This document shows positions 1-9,437 of a stretch of DNA of 48,377 nt, in pieces. The DNA is taken from the IMG/VR virus record IMGVR_UViG_3300005323_000009, positions 1 to 48,377 of that record. The stretch is one strand, 5' to 3'. The stretch is from a virus (lineage: Duplodnaviria; Caudoviricetes). Within the stretch, counting starts at the first letter, position 1; each line of letters begins with the position of its first letter. The position numbers and the translations under genes are program-made. The notes under the pieces are model-generated. The model had not been told where the DNA came from. It searched no databases and saw only the letters and a list, made by a program, of their open reading frames with translations.

Positions 1-123
1 CAATACCAACAACCATTCCCATGGCGGTTCTTTCGACCTAGAGAGCACTCTCCGGTCCATCGCACCAAACCCGGATGCTTCTCTTCCAAGCCCTTTGCCG
101 CCTCTTCCTCTCCTCCAGTCCCC
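1..123 (+). repeat. Direct terminal repeat, left copy (identical to 48255-48377)
   Basis: caataccaacaacc...ctccagtcccc is present identically at both ends; circular assembly overlap or terminal redundancy, unit length 48254 bp. Confidence 0.95.
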
Positions 124-677
124 CAGGGCTTTCAACGATGTGCCTACTATAGTCTCCTCTCCGAAGCGGTGTAGAAGCATCCGAGGAGGTAGCTACAGAT
201 TCTCTCTAAGGGAGGAAGAGCTGTCTTATGAAGTTTTCAAAGAACTTGTTGTGTTAAGTTAAGTAGACTTTAACCACCTTCTTGCTGCAAGTCAAGTCAA
301 GAGCCTTTTTCTTTTGTTCTTGTTCTTGTTCTTCGAACAGCTCGAAGAGTTGCTTTAAGAGGATTGCAATGGTGGTGCCAAGCTGGGATGCATAGCATTC
401 ATGCGTTTTCGCGCGGGATTTGTGGGAGTTGCAGCGGGAAAGGTGGCGGGATTTAGCGGTTTTAACCGCCGTTTTCGCGACAGAAAGGCGTCTGGAATGC
501 GCCATTTGGTGGGATTGTGGCGGGATTTCATCCGAAGGATGGCGTGATTTAAAGGGCCGTAGGCCGGTTGTAGGCCGGACCGGCCAAAGGCCGGTAGGGT
601 AGTCTATCCATGGGACCTTTGGTCCGTTTCACGCCCGTTCCACGGGCCTTCCAAGGCCCTACGGGCCGGACATACAC

Positions 678-725
678 CCCATCCTACGGATGCCCATCCT
701 ACGGATGCCCCCCCCCCCCCCCCCC
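678..725. repeat. Two tandem 15-bp units (CCCATCCTACGGATG) followed by a C18 tract
   Basis: Units at 678-692 and 693-707, each with an internal CATCC-TAC-GGATG inverted repeat; poly-C at 708-725. Confidence 0.85.
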
Positions 726-765
726 GGCGTGAACAAATCCATCTACTGGCATAGCTAGATATTCA

Positions 766-805
766 GATAGTTGGATAGTTGGATAGTTGGATAGTTGGAT
801 AGCTG
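766..805. repeat. Tandem 8-bp repeat GATAGTTG x4 plus GATAGCTG
   Basis: Read directly from the sequence. Confidence 0.9.
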
Positions 806-1234
806 AATAGATGTATACATGAGTATCTTGATATGTTAATATCTGTATATGTGTATAGTCAGATGTCTTTCCCTTGGCTACTTTGGCAGACTACCGTAGG
901 TAACGTAGATAACGAAGCCACCACTGGGGCGAAGCCCCCCCCCCCCGTACCCCAGGCGGCCCTGGGAGAGCGTGAAGTGGAACGTCTTGGATACTCGAGG
1001 AATTTTTTAAAGTAAAGAAAGTGGGGTTTGGGAAAGAGGGTGTTTGGACATTAGGGGACATGGAGGGACAAAAGGGGACAAAACAGGGCAAATGGGTGAA
1101 CTGAGTTTTCGGTATTGGGAATTTGGTGAACAAAAAGAATGGAGTGAAACGAGTTTCCGGTAACGGTCCTTCGGACCAAAACCCAATAAAATCAACTCTT
1201 TACATAGCCATGTGTTAAAAACTTTAACAGTATT

Positions 1235-1551
1235 GGCACTGGCAATGGCAACGGTAACGGTAATAAACCTTCTAAAATATATTGAGCCCTTCCCCAGCCG
1301 TCAAATACACATTGTGTATTTACCAAAATGCCCCCCCCCCCATTCAGCTGTCACACTGGTATCTACTATGTATTATATATATATAGTATATATATTTATA
1401 AAGAAAAGAAAAAGCAGTGAACAGAGTGAAGACCCGGAACGACAAATACACAGGCTGGAAGGAAGGGAGAAGGGAGTGATCCTTGGACCCAATATATTTT
1501 AAGGGGAAAGTTGCCGTTGCCGTTACCAATGCCGTTTCCGGTACCGATACC
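1235..1551. promoter_or_regulatory. Origin/control-like cassette 1: hexamer repeats, AAAATATATT box, 19-bp palindrome, AT-rich core, inverted box and inverted hexamers
   Basis: GGYAAY-like hexamers 1235-1264, box 1274-1283, palindrome 1303-1321, TA-rich 1371-1400, AATATATTTT 1491-1500, GTTRCC-like hexamers 1510-1551; function is inferred. Confidence 0.55.
1303..1321. repeat. 19-bp palindrome copy 1
   Basis: AAATACACATTGTGTATTT. Confidence 0.95.
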
Positions 1552-1767
1552 AACAACTCCGCAAAGCATTGATTTCATTACGTTTTCGATGGAAATGTTA
1601 CCAGGTTTATTGGATTCACTGGGTTCACTAAATTCCCATTGCCGTTGCCAATGCCATTGCCAACACCAACAACCCATCTACCTCCTTCCAACCATCTTCA
1701 TAACCCCATTTACAACTCTCTAAAACTCCCTTTTTAATAAAGGAAGAAAAGAAAGGAGGAAGTTAAA

Positions 1768-2100
1768 ATGGAAAAGGAAAAACCAGAAACCTCTATTCCA
1801 CCTCAGAAATGTCAAACCTGCGAATTCCATTCCGATCTTGTAGATCGCCTCCTTCTTCGAGAAACAGATTTCACCTGGCTTCTTCGAATCTTAAAATGGG
1901 TTGTCTATGTCCTAACTGCCGTTGTCCTTTCCAACATTGGAACTTGTTCCACTTTTATTTATAAAACTGGAGAAATGTCAAAGGCCCTGGATGGGATAAG
2001 GCAACTCCAAGAAGATTGCGATTCTCTTAAGAAAGAAACTTCTTACATAAGACGTTTCCTCCATACCCATGGACCTTCGATTCAAAGGGATGATAAATAA
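1768..2100 (+). CDS. Hypothetical single-TM protein with coiled coil (holin/lysis candidate)
   Basis: AGGAGG RBS; hydrophobic WLLRILKWVVYVLTAVVLSNIG segment. Confidence 0.65.
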   Translation: MEKEKPETSIPPQKCQTCEFHSDLVDRLLLRETDFTWLLRILKWVVYVLTAVVLSNIGTCSTFIYKTGEMSKALDGIRQLQEDCDSLKKETSYIRRFLHTHGPSIQRDDK

Positions 2101-2113
2101 GGAGGGCTTTAAA

Positions 2114-2299
2114 ATGCAGACAAACGAAGAGAAAAGAAAACACCTTTGTTGTCTTCATTCAATTCCCTTTCCATTTCCTTCGGAAAACTGTATCCCTTCT
2201 GAATGTTCTTTTATTTGTCTTAAAACCTACTGTCTTACCTTCCCAAGCACTTGCATAAACTGCCCTTCTTTTTCTGAAAGAAACTCCAGTGGCTCTTAA
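2114..2299 (+). CDS. Small Cys-rich hypothetical protein
   Basis: GGAGG RBS before ATG 2114; 8 Cys in 61 aa; overlaps the next gene. Confidence 0.5.
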   Translation: MQTNEEKRKHLCCLHSIPFPFPSENCIPSECSFICLKTYCLTFPSTCINCPSFSERNSSGS

Positions 2300-2798
2300 A
2301 AGAGACCTAGACATCGAAGTCCTCTATGATCTTTCTGAAAGAGGTCTTTCGAAGAAAGAAATGGCTTCTGAACTTGGAATATCCACAGAGACCCTTTCGA
2401 AGAGGATGTCTGACATCCGTTCGAAACAGGGTCTTTTGATGGAATATCGCGCTATTCAAAGTCTCCAACTAACTGAACTTCAAGCCCGTGTTCTTGAAGC
2501 AATAACGCCAGAGAAAATCCAGGAAGCTCCCCTTGGGGAGTTGGTTAAAGCCTATAAGATTCTAAAAGACCACGAACTTACCCTAGAGGGAAAACCAAAA
2601 GAACTCAAAGGTCTTGTTGGTTACCTCATTCAAATAGAAAAAGAAGAAGCTGCTTGCAAAGGCATCCTCCCTCCACTTCCTTCGGAAGAGGCGGAGTTTA
2701 CTGAAATCACTCCAATAGAAGAAGAAATCTTCTCTGAAGGAGAAGAAGAGGAAAAATCTCCTCTCGCTTCTCCGTCTGACTGGATTCCTAACCTTTAG
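2289..2798 (+). CDS. HTH DNA-binding protein, probable terminase small subunit
   Basis: N-terminal HTH (GLSKKEMASELGISTETLSKRM), helical body, acidic tail; lies upstream of TerL. Confidence 0.55.
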   Translation: MALKRDLDIEVLYDLSERGLSKKEMASELGISTETLSKRMSDIRSKQGLLMEYRAIQSLQLTELQARVLEAITPEKIQEAPLGELVKAYKILKDHELTLEGKPKELKGLVGYLIQIEKEEAACKGILPPLPSEEAEFTEITPIEEEIFSEGEEEEKSPLASPSDWIPNL

Positions 2799-2824
2799 TT
2801 TTTTTTCTAAAAGAGGTACTTTAA

Positions 2825-4606
2825 ATGCCAACTGAATACGTCCTCATAACAACAACAACGGGAAATACTCCAATCTCTGAAGCAAACATTGTCCAGCGTC
2901 CTCTTTCTCTTTCTGAGTTTACTTCCCTTCTTTCTGGGCAATACGCTACCGCAGGTAGTTATCTTTCTCTTCCCCTTTCCACTTCCGCTCCTGTAAACGC
3001 CATTGCTGCTTCTAAGATCCTTACTGTTTCTGGGAATCCCACAGATAAAGAAACCGTTACCATTGGAGCAAAAACATATCGTTTCCGCACTGCTATCGGT
3101 GCTGCTGTTGCTGCAACTGGAGTTCTCACTTTCACCGGGCTTCCGTCTGCGGAGCAAACCGTCGTCCTCGGTTCAAAAACCTACCGTTGGACTTCCGCTA
3201 TCGGCGCTGGAACAACTGCATCGAAACAAGTTACCTTCTCTGACGTTGCTGTAAACGCAGAGACTATTACAATTGCAGGGCGTACGTATACTTGGAAAAC
3301 CAATCTCACCGAAGCAAAAGCCACTTCTACTCTTACCATCTCAACCAACTTCACTGATGGAAATTCCGTTACCATCGGTTCAACTGTCTATACATTCAAA
3401 GAAACCCTTTCTTCCGCATTCCAAGTTCTTATCGGAGTTTCTGCTTCTGCTACACTGGATAACCTCATCGCTGCAATAACTGGAGCAGCTGGGGAAGGTT
3501 CCACTTATGGAACTGGAACAACCGCCCATCCAACTGTTACCGCAGTCGCTGGAGCTGGTGACACTATGGACGTCACTGCTCTTTCCATTGGAACCGCGGG
3601 AAACTCCATAGCAACAACCGAGCTATCTGGCGTAGCCAGTTGGACTGCAGGAACTATGTCCGGCGGTCTTAACGCCGTTGTGGATGAGATCAAGGTTTCA
3701 GCTTCGGTGTCTGAATGTATTGACTACCTTCAAGAAGCAATCACCCATTGGGGTGCAGCAGAAGGTCTTCATTATTCGACCGGAACTGTCGTTAATGCAA
3801 CTTGTAGTGCGACAAAAGATGATGTAAGCCACATTACTATTAATGCTAAAGTAATCGGTTATGCCGGAAATGTTATTACCATTTCTGAGACCATGACTAA
3901 CGCCGCCTTTGCCGGAGGCGCTACTGCCCTTTCTGGTGGCGTAGACGCTGAAGCTGCTAACGATGTTCTTATTGCAGGAACTGCAGAAGGCTGCATCGAC
4001 AACCTTGTTGCTGCAATAAACGCCGCCGCAGGCGCAGGAACAACCTACGGAACCGGAACAACTGCAAACACTCTTGCCTCAGCTGCAAAAACTGCTGCAG
4101 ATACACTAACTGCAACCGCAGTCACCGCAGGCGACGCCGGGGACGACATTGTAACAACCGAAACTTCAAGCAATGCAAGTTGGGCAGACACAACAATGGA
4201 TGGTGGAATCGACGTTGCTGTTGCAAACGACGTTCTTATCGGCGTGAACGCCGAAGCTTCCATAGATAACCTTGTCCTTGCAGTAACTGCAGGCGCCGGG
4301 GCCGGGACTAACTACGCCACGGGAACAACTGCAAATGCAACAGTTACTGGAGTAAAATCCGCCGCGAATACCTTTACTGCAACCGCACTTACAAAGGGCG
4401 TTTCTGGAAACTCTATCGCCATCGCAGAAGCCTGTGCTAACTCCAGTTGGGCCGGTGGTGCTGTTATCCTCTCCGGAGGAGTAGACGGTACCGTAGGTAC
4501 CCAAGATGAAATCCGCCGAGACACCTCCTACCTCTACATCTGCATCGCTGTAAACACTATTGCAGATGCTAACTGGAGACGTGTTTCCCTTGGAGCGGCT
4601 TTCTAA
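2825..4606 (+). CDS. Ala/Gly/Thr-rich virion appendage (fibre-like) protein with nested repeats
   Basis: 593 aa; four 'TVTIGxxTY' repeats then four 'VLIGxxAxxxIDNLxxAI...SGG' repeats; C-terminal 'EIRRDTSYLYIC...NWRRVSL' motif like those in phage fibre proteins. Confidence 0.65.
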   Translation: MPTEYVLITTTTGNTPISEANIVQRPLSLSEFTSLLSGQYATAGSYLSLPLSTSAPVNAIAASKILTVSGNPTDKETVTIGAKTYRFRTAIGAAVAATGVLTFTGLPSAEQTVVLGSKTYRWTSAIGAGTTASKQVTFSDVAVNAETITIAGRTYTWKTNLTEAKATSTLTISTNFTDGNSVTIGSTVYTFKETLSSAFQVLIGVSASATLDNLIAAITGAAGEGSTYGTGTTAHPTVTAVAGAGDTMDVTALSIGTAGNSIATTELSGVASWTAGTMSGGLNAVVDEIKVSASVSECIDYLQEAITHWGAAEGLHYSTGTVVNATCSATKDDVSHITINAKVIGYAGNVITISETMTNAAFAGGATALSGGVDAEAANDVLIAGTAEGCIDNLVAAINAAAGAGTTYGTGTTANTLASAAKTAADTLTATAVTAGDAGDDIVTTETSSNASWADTTMDGGIDVAVANDVLIGVNAEASIDNLVLAVTAGAGAGTNYATGTTANATVTGVKSAANTFTATALTKGVSGNSIAIAEACANSSWAGGAVILSGGVDGTVGTQDEIRRDTSYLYICIAVNTIADANWRRVSLGAAF

Positions 4607-4610
4607 AAAC

Positions 4611-4629
4611 AAATACACATTGTGTATTT
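4611..4629. repeat. 19-bp palindrome copy 2
   Basis: AAATACACATTGTGTATTT, 4 nt after a stop codon. Confidence 0.95.
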
Positions 4630-4650
4630 ACTAAAATCGGAGCTATTAAA

Positions 4651-4890
4651 ATGCCAAGAGAAAAGAAAAATTTCGCTACTCTCAAGGAAAGTGACCTTTC
4701 TTCCCTTGCTTCCTCTGCTATGCAGGGAGGAGAGAGACCTTCTTCTGCAAACCCAGGCCCCACTCCAAGAAAGGGCCTCTCCCTCAGAACAATGAATGAA
4801 ATGATGTCTGATATGTCCGACCTTTCTGAAGAAGACTTTTCCAAGAAGTACGGAAGAAAGCGTTCTGACATGCTAAAGTGGAGCTACTAG
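4651..4890 (+). CDS. Hypothetical protein
   Basis: GGAG RBS; fills the gap before TerL. Confidence 0.6.
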   Translation: MPREKKNFATLKESDLSSLASSAMQGGERPSSANPGPTPRKGLSLRTMNEMMSDMSDLSEEDFSKKYGRKRSDMLKWSY

Positions 4891-4899
4891 GAGCTTTCT

Positions 4900-6396
4900 A
4901 TGTCTGTTGCCCTGCAAAAGCTAAAAGAATGGCGCTCTTCCCCTCTTGTCTTTGTAAAAGACTGCATCCAAGTTACCCCCTCAAAGCAGCAGACAGAACT
5001 CCTTCTTTCCTTTGCGAAAGAAAAACGTATCTCCATTCGTTCTGGCCACGGAACTGGGAAAGATGCCGGGGCTGCTTGGTGCATCCTTTGGTTCCTTACA
5101 ACACGCCCGTATGCAAAGGTAGTCTGCACAGCCCCAACCGCAAGACAGCTTTCCGACATCCTCTGGAGCGAGATCTCAAAGTGGCTTAGGAAAAGCATCC
5201 TAGCTGACGAATTTGTAATCCAGAAAGACAAAATCTTTCACAAAGAGTCAAAAGAAGAATGGTGGGCTCGGGCTGTTTCTACTTCTGTAAAAGCATCCTC
5301 TGAGGATCAAGCAGAAACCCTTGCTGGCTTCCACGGAGACCACCTCCTTATCATAGTAGATGAAGCTTCCGGTGTTCCTGATCCTGTCTTCGTTCCTCTT
5401 GAAGGCGCTTTAACCCAAGAAGACAACCGCGTTCTTCTCATAGGAAACATGACTCGGAACCAGGGTTACTTCTACGACACTCACTACCATTCTGAAATAA
5501 GAAAGAATTGGTTTAAGCTTCACTGGGACAGCCGCGAAAGCGAAAATGTCACAAAAGAAATGATAGAATACTTCGCTATCAAATACGGAATCGATTCAAA
5601 CATCTTTCGTATTCGCGTTGCTGGAGATCCTCCTCTTGAAAGCGAAGATACTCTCATTTCTCTTTCCTGGGCACTACAGTGCATTGGAAACGAAGTTTTC
5701 ATTCCAGAAGACGAACCTCTTTACCTCGGCGTTGATGTTGCCCGATTTGGAAGTGACAAGTCCATTATCCTCCCCAGGAAGGGTCTTCGCATCTTCCCTT
5801 GGGAAGAGCACTCTGGTATGGACACCATGTTTATAGCTGACCGTGCCCTCCTAGCTTTCCACGATTTAGACGCCAGTGGAATGGCCGTGGACGAGATTGG
5901 TGTCGGCGCCGGTGTCATAGACAACATCCACCGCGCTTCCCAAATGCAACGCTGCGCTTTTGGAATAAACGTTGCAACTCCTGCTATGGAACCAAAACGT
6001 TTCCATCGCCTCCGTGATGAACTCTGGTGGATGGTTCGAGAACGTTGTGCCCGTGCAGAATACTCCTTTCCTGACATCGAAGTCCCTGGTCCTGGAGGTT
6101 ATAAAATCAACCTCGGAAATGAACTTGCAAATGAACTTTCCACTCCAAAATACAAACTCCGTGAAGAAGATGGAACTATCCTTGTAGAGTCTAAAAGAGA
6201 AATGAAAGCTCGTGGTCACGAAAGCCCTAATATCGCCGACGCCCTTTGCCTTACAGAATATTTTAGCTCCATTGCATATAGCTGCTTTGGGACGAAGCAA
6301 CTTGAAAAAATTGCCCAGGCGCGCTTAAAGAAACAGAAGTTCTTTAAAGATCTCCAAAAGAACACTCCCCGAAGGGGAGGCTGGATGTGCTCCTAG
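4900..6396 (+). CDS. terL: Terminase large subunit
   Basis: Walker A SGHGTGK, Walker B IIVDEA, coupling motif IGNMT, nuclease motifs LGVDVARFGSDKS and SPNIADAL. Confidence 0.93.
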   Translation: MSVALQKLKEWRSSPLVFVKDCIQVTPSKQQTELLLSFAKEKRISIRSGHGTGKDAGAAWCILWFLTTRPYAKVVCTAPTARQLSDILWSEISKWLRKSILADEFVIQKDKIFHKESKEEWWARAVSTSVKASSEDQAETLAGFHGDHLLIIVDEASGVPDPVFVPLEGALTQEDNRVLLIGNMTRNQGYFYDTHYHSEIRKNWFKLHWDSRESENVTKEMIEYFAIKYGIDSNIFRIRVAGDPPLESEDTLISLSWALQCIGNEVFIPEDEPLYLGVDVARFGSDKSIILPRKGLRIFPWEEHSGMDTMFIADRALLAFHDLDASGMAVDEIGVGAGVIDNIHRASQMQRCAFGINVATPAMEPKRFHRLRDELWWMVRERCARAEYSFPDIEVPGPGGYKINLGNELANELSTPKYKLREEDGTILVESKREMKARGHESPNIADALCLTEYFSSIAYSCFGTKQLEKIAQARLKKQKFFKDLQKNTPRRGGWMCS

Positions 6397-6401
6397 CCAA
6401 C

Positions 6402-6420
6402 AAATACACATTGTGTATTT
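6402..6420. repeat. 19-bp palindrome copy 3
   Basis: AAATACACATTGTGTATTT between terL and portal. Confidence 0.95.
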
Positions 6421-6457
6421 ATCCAATATCCCACATGCTTTTATTGGAGTAACCTAA

Positions 6458-8425
6458 ATGCCATCTGAATACCTACAGAACACATGGAGTGAGATTCCTC
6501 CCGGCATCGGGAAGCTCCTAAAGCAACTTCGGGATAGTGAGAATTCTCTTTCAGAGAGAACCTGGAGAGAAACTGCCCTGGAAGACTACAAGTTCTACGC
6601 TGGTGACCAGGACTATGACTACGTTATTCAGAAACTTGAATCTCAATCTAGACCAACTTCTGTCTTCAATGAAGTTAAACCTAAGATAGATATGCTCATT
6701 GGCCTCGCCGCCCAGGGAAAGCACGATACTACCCTCGTTCCCGTTTCCAGGGAAGATGAACCCCTTTCTGAATTAATGTCCGGTGTTCTAAAGCACTACA
6801 GAAACAAGCTTTCCCTTACTAGAAAAGAACTTGATTGCTTTGAGCATACTGTAAAATCCGGAAGAAGTCTTCTTCACTTCCACGTAGACACTTCGAATCC
6901 CTTTAAACCGGAAATAAAAGCCCAAAGAGTTCGTGGATATAACTACTTCGGCGATCCGAATAGAAAAGAATACGATCTTTCCGACTCTCGCTATCTCTTC
7001 ATAGAAAACTGGCTTCCTGAAGAAGAACTAAAAGTCCACTTTCCCTCCATCGATATCTTTCACCTCCAGCAATTCGGCGCTCGTTATGCTGATCTTCCTC
7101 AGTTCTTTAATGAAGCCAACGATCTTTACCGCATTATAGAAGCATGGTACTACAAGTATGAATCCGTTATTTACTTCATCAACCCTATGACACAAAAAGT
7201 CGAAGATGCCTCTCCAGGAGATTTCAAAAAAATCCTTTCTGCATTTGCGGAGGGGATTCCTTCTCCCACTGGAGAGACACTTCGCTTTAATCCAGACCAA
7301 ATTCAACAAGCAAAAGGGGTTAAAAAAGTCCCTTACTATACTATCTTTTCTGGAATGCAAATAATTGAAGAAGGGAAAAGTCAACTCAATTGGCCTTCTT
7401 TCCCCTGTGTTGAATTCGGCGCCTATAGAAACGAAGATACAAACGCTTGGTTCTCTGCTGTTACTATGATGAAAGACAGCCAGCGTTGCATTAACACAAT
7501 GCGTCGGCAACTCGATCACCTTCTTCAGACACTTCCAAAAGGAATCCTAGTTCATGAAGCTGGAGCCATCCTCAACATAGAAGAATATGAAGAACACTCC
7601 TCTGAACCAAACTTCCACCTCGAACTTTCCAAGGGTTCCATAGATCGTTATCGCTTTGAAACTCAGCCACAAATCTCTCCCATCTATGGAGAGTTAAACC
7701 TAATCTACAGACAGGCAATGAAAGATGCTTCTGGAATCCAAGATCCCCTTATGGGGATTCAGAAAACTGGCCGCGAAGCCGGGGTCACGGAACGTATGCG
7801 GCAGGAAACTGGAATAGCTGTTCTTTATCTCCTTTTTTCGAATTTCCAGTCCAGTCGTCATCAAGCAACAAAGATTCTTATGTCCCTTATACAACAATAC
7901 GTTACCCTCCCTGAGGTCATCCGAATTGAAGGAGAAAGCGGCGCTTCTCTTATCGAAATCAACACTCAAACAAATCGCCAAGTCCAGGGCTTTAACGATA
8001 TCTCCGCAATGCAGTTCGACCTTGAGGTGGAAGACACTGCAGAAACTGCAACAATGCGCATGACCACTGCGCAGATTTTAACGGATGTAAATCACAACAA
8101 TCCTGGTTCTATTCCTCCAGATATCATCTTAGAGTATAGCGATGTTCCCTTTTCTATAAAACAAAGAGTGAGGCAAGCATATGAAGCCACCCAGCAAATC
8201 CAGCAAGAACAGCAACTTGCCGAATCTGAGCGAGTTAAAGCAGAAACAGAAATCAAAAAAGCCGAACTCAAGCTCAAAAAAGAAGAAATAGAGTTAAAGA
8301 AAGCTGAACTTGCTCTGAAACAGGAAGAGCTTAAATCAAAAGAGAAAATTGAAATGGCAAAGATAAAGGTAGCTAAGGAAAATCCACAGCCTTCTTCCCC
8401 TCCTTCTACAGGTAAAAGGAAATAA
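6458..8425 (+). CDS. Portal protein (P22/N4-like, with C-terminal coiled-coil barrel)
   Basis: 655 aa following TerL; 'DYKFYAGDQ...RP..VFNEVKPKIDMLIG' and 'MKDSQRCIN' patterns typical of podoviral portals. Confidence 0.88.
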   Translation: MPSEYLQNTWSEIPPGIGKLLKQLRDSENSLSERTWRETALEDYKFYAGDQDYDYVIQKLESQSRPTSVFNEVKPKIDMLIGLAAQGKHDTTLVPVSREDEPLSELMSGVLKHYRNKLSLTRKELDCFEHTVKSGRSLLHFHVDTSNPFKPEIKAQRVRGYNYFGDPNRKEYDLSDSRYLFIENWLPEEELKVHFPSIDIFHLQQFGARYADLPQFFNEANDLYRIIEAWYYKYESVIYFINPMTQKVEDASPGDFKKILSAFAEGIPSPTGETLRFNPDQIQQAKGVKKVPYYTIFSGMQIIEEGKSQLNWPSFPCVEFGAYRNEDTNAWFSAVTMMKDSQRCINTMRRQLDHLLQTLPKGILVHEAGAILNIEEYEEHSSEPNFHLELSKGSIDRYRFETQPQISPIYGELNLIYRQAMKDASGIQDPLMGIQKTGREAGVTERMRQETGIAVLYLLFSNFQSSRHQATKILMSLIQQYVTLPEVIRIEGESGASLIEINTQTNRQVQGFNDISAMQFDLEVEDTAETATMRMTTAQILTDVNHNNPGSIPPDIILEYSDVPFSIKQRVRQAYEATQQIQQEQQLAESERVKAETEIKKAELKLKKEEIELKKAELALKQEELKSKEKIEMAKIKVAKENPQPSSPPSTGKRK

Positions 8426-8428
8426 CAA

Positions 8429-9421
8429 ATGGCTACTGACGCACCAGTTATATCCGCAGAAAACGAATCTATAAACCCATTTGCTGATTTGGATGCTCCT
8501 GATGTTGCAGGAGATACAACTCCGTATAGTGAAGTTATTCCAGAAGTAAAGCCAGAAGTACCTACAGTTTCGTCTGACAGCGCCGGGGCTACTCAGCCGA
8601 TTCCTCCTGTAGGTACTTCTGGTGAACCTACAGTTCCGGAAGTGAAAACATCCGTCCCTGCTTCTGAACCCAACGATCGTCACGAGATTCTTCAGACACT
8701 CAGGCAACTCCGCCACGATCTTGCCCTTGCAAATGCTCGTACGCAGCGACAGGACGAAGAACTTAAAGCTATCAGGGAAGTTACGAAACAAGTCGCTGGT
8801 CAGACAGTCCAGGTAGCTCAATCCACCGTTCGCTCTTCCGAATCTGACGACCTTGTTAACTTTGGCCAGCCTACTCTGCAAGGTGTAAAACTCGAAGAGG
8901 TAAAACTTCCTGAAACAAAGCTTTCTGAATTCGAAGAACTCCAGAGTGAACTTGCTGACCTTGGCGCTTCCATAGGAAGCCAACTCCAGACTCTCGTAGA
9001 GAGCATGTCCTTTAACCCCGCCTACTCTGATGTAAAGGCAGTTTGCAGTAGAAGCAACCTAAACGACCTGGTTGATGCAATGGCAAGTTCTATTGCAGCA
9101 GATGAAAACCTCGACCCGGTCGTAACTGCACTGAAGGTGGAAAAGGCGATTTGGTCTTTGGACAATCCCTATAAGTGGATGTACAACACTATTAAAGCAA
9201 ATCATCCTGCTTATAGGAAAGCTCCAGTGGTTCCAAAGGAACCCAAATCTCTCGAGGCTCCCAAGCCTACATCCGCTCCTCCTTCCGTCGTTCCTATTGG
9301 CTCATCAGCCGTTGGAACATCTGGCTTTAGTGCTTCGCAACTTGACCTTATGGATGAACTGGACTTTATAAAAGTCCCTGAAAACATCCGGAACATGTAT
9401 CTGAATGGCCAGTTGGCCTAG
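8429..9421 (+). CDS. Capsid scaffolding protein
   Basis: Between portal and capsid; Pro/acidic disordered N-terminus, coiled coil, short C-terminal helix. Confidence 0.7.
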   Translation: MATDAPVISAENESINPFADLDAPDVAGDTTPYSEVIPEVKPEVPTVSSDSAGATQPIPPVGTSGEPTVPEVKTSVPASEPNDRHEILQTLRQLRHDLALANARTQRQDEELKAIREVTKQVAGQTVQVAQSTVRSSESDDLVNFGQPTLQGVKLEEVKLPETKLSEFEELQSELADLGASIGSQLQTLVESMSFNPAYSDVKAVCSRSNLNDLVDAMASSIAADENLDPVVTALKVEKAIWSLDNPYKWMYNTIKANHPAYRKAPVVPKEPKSLEAPKPTSAPPSVVPIGSSAVGTSGFSASQLDLMDELDFIKVPENIRNMYLNGQLA

Positions 9422-9437
9422 ATAAGGATAAAACAAA

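Noticed and set aside
1-123. The 123-bp repeat as proven biological terminal repeats or att sites
   Set aside because: It cannot be distinguished from assembler circular overlap without reads, and no integrase was found.
254-505. 83-aa minus-strand ORF in the terminal spacer
   Set aside because: No clear RBS or motif and low-complexity sequence; it cannot be supported as a gene.
833-1723. Short ORFs in the control region (for example 1212-1502, 1396-1677, 1511-1723)
   Set aside because: They are translations of hexamer repeats and AT/C tracts with no RBS.
2825-4606. Contractile tail sheath (myovirus)
   Set aside because: Only insertion-domain-like repeats are present; no sheath core, tube, baseplate or tape measure genes were recognised, and the rest of the module is podovirus-like.
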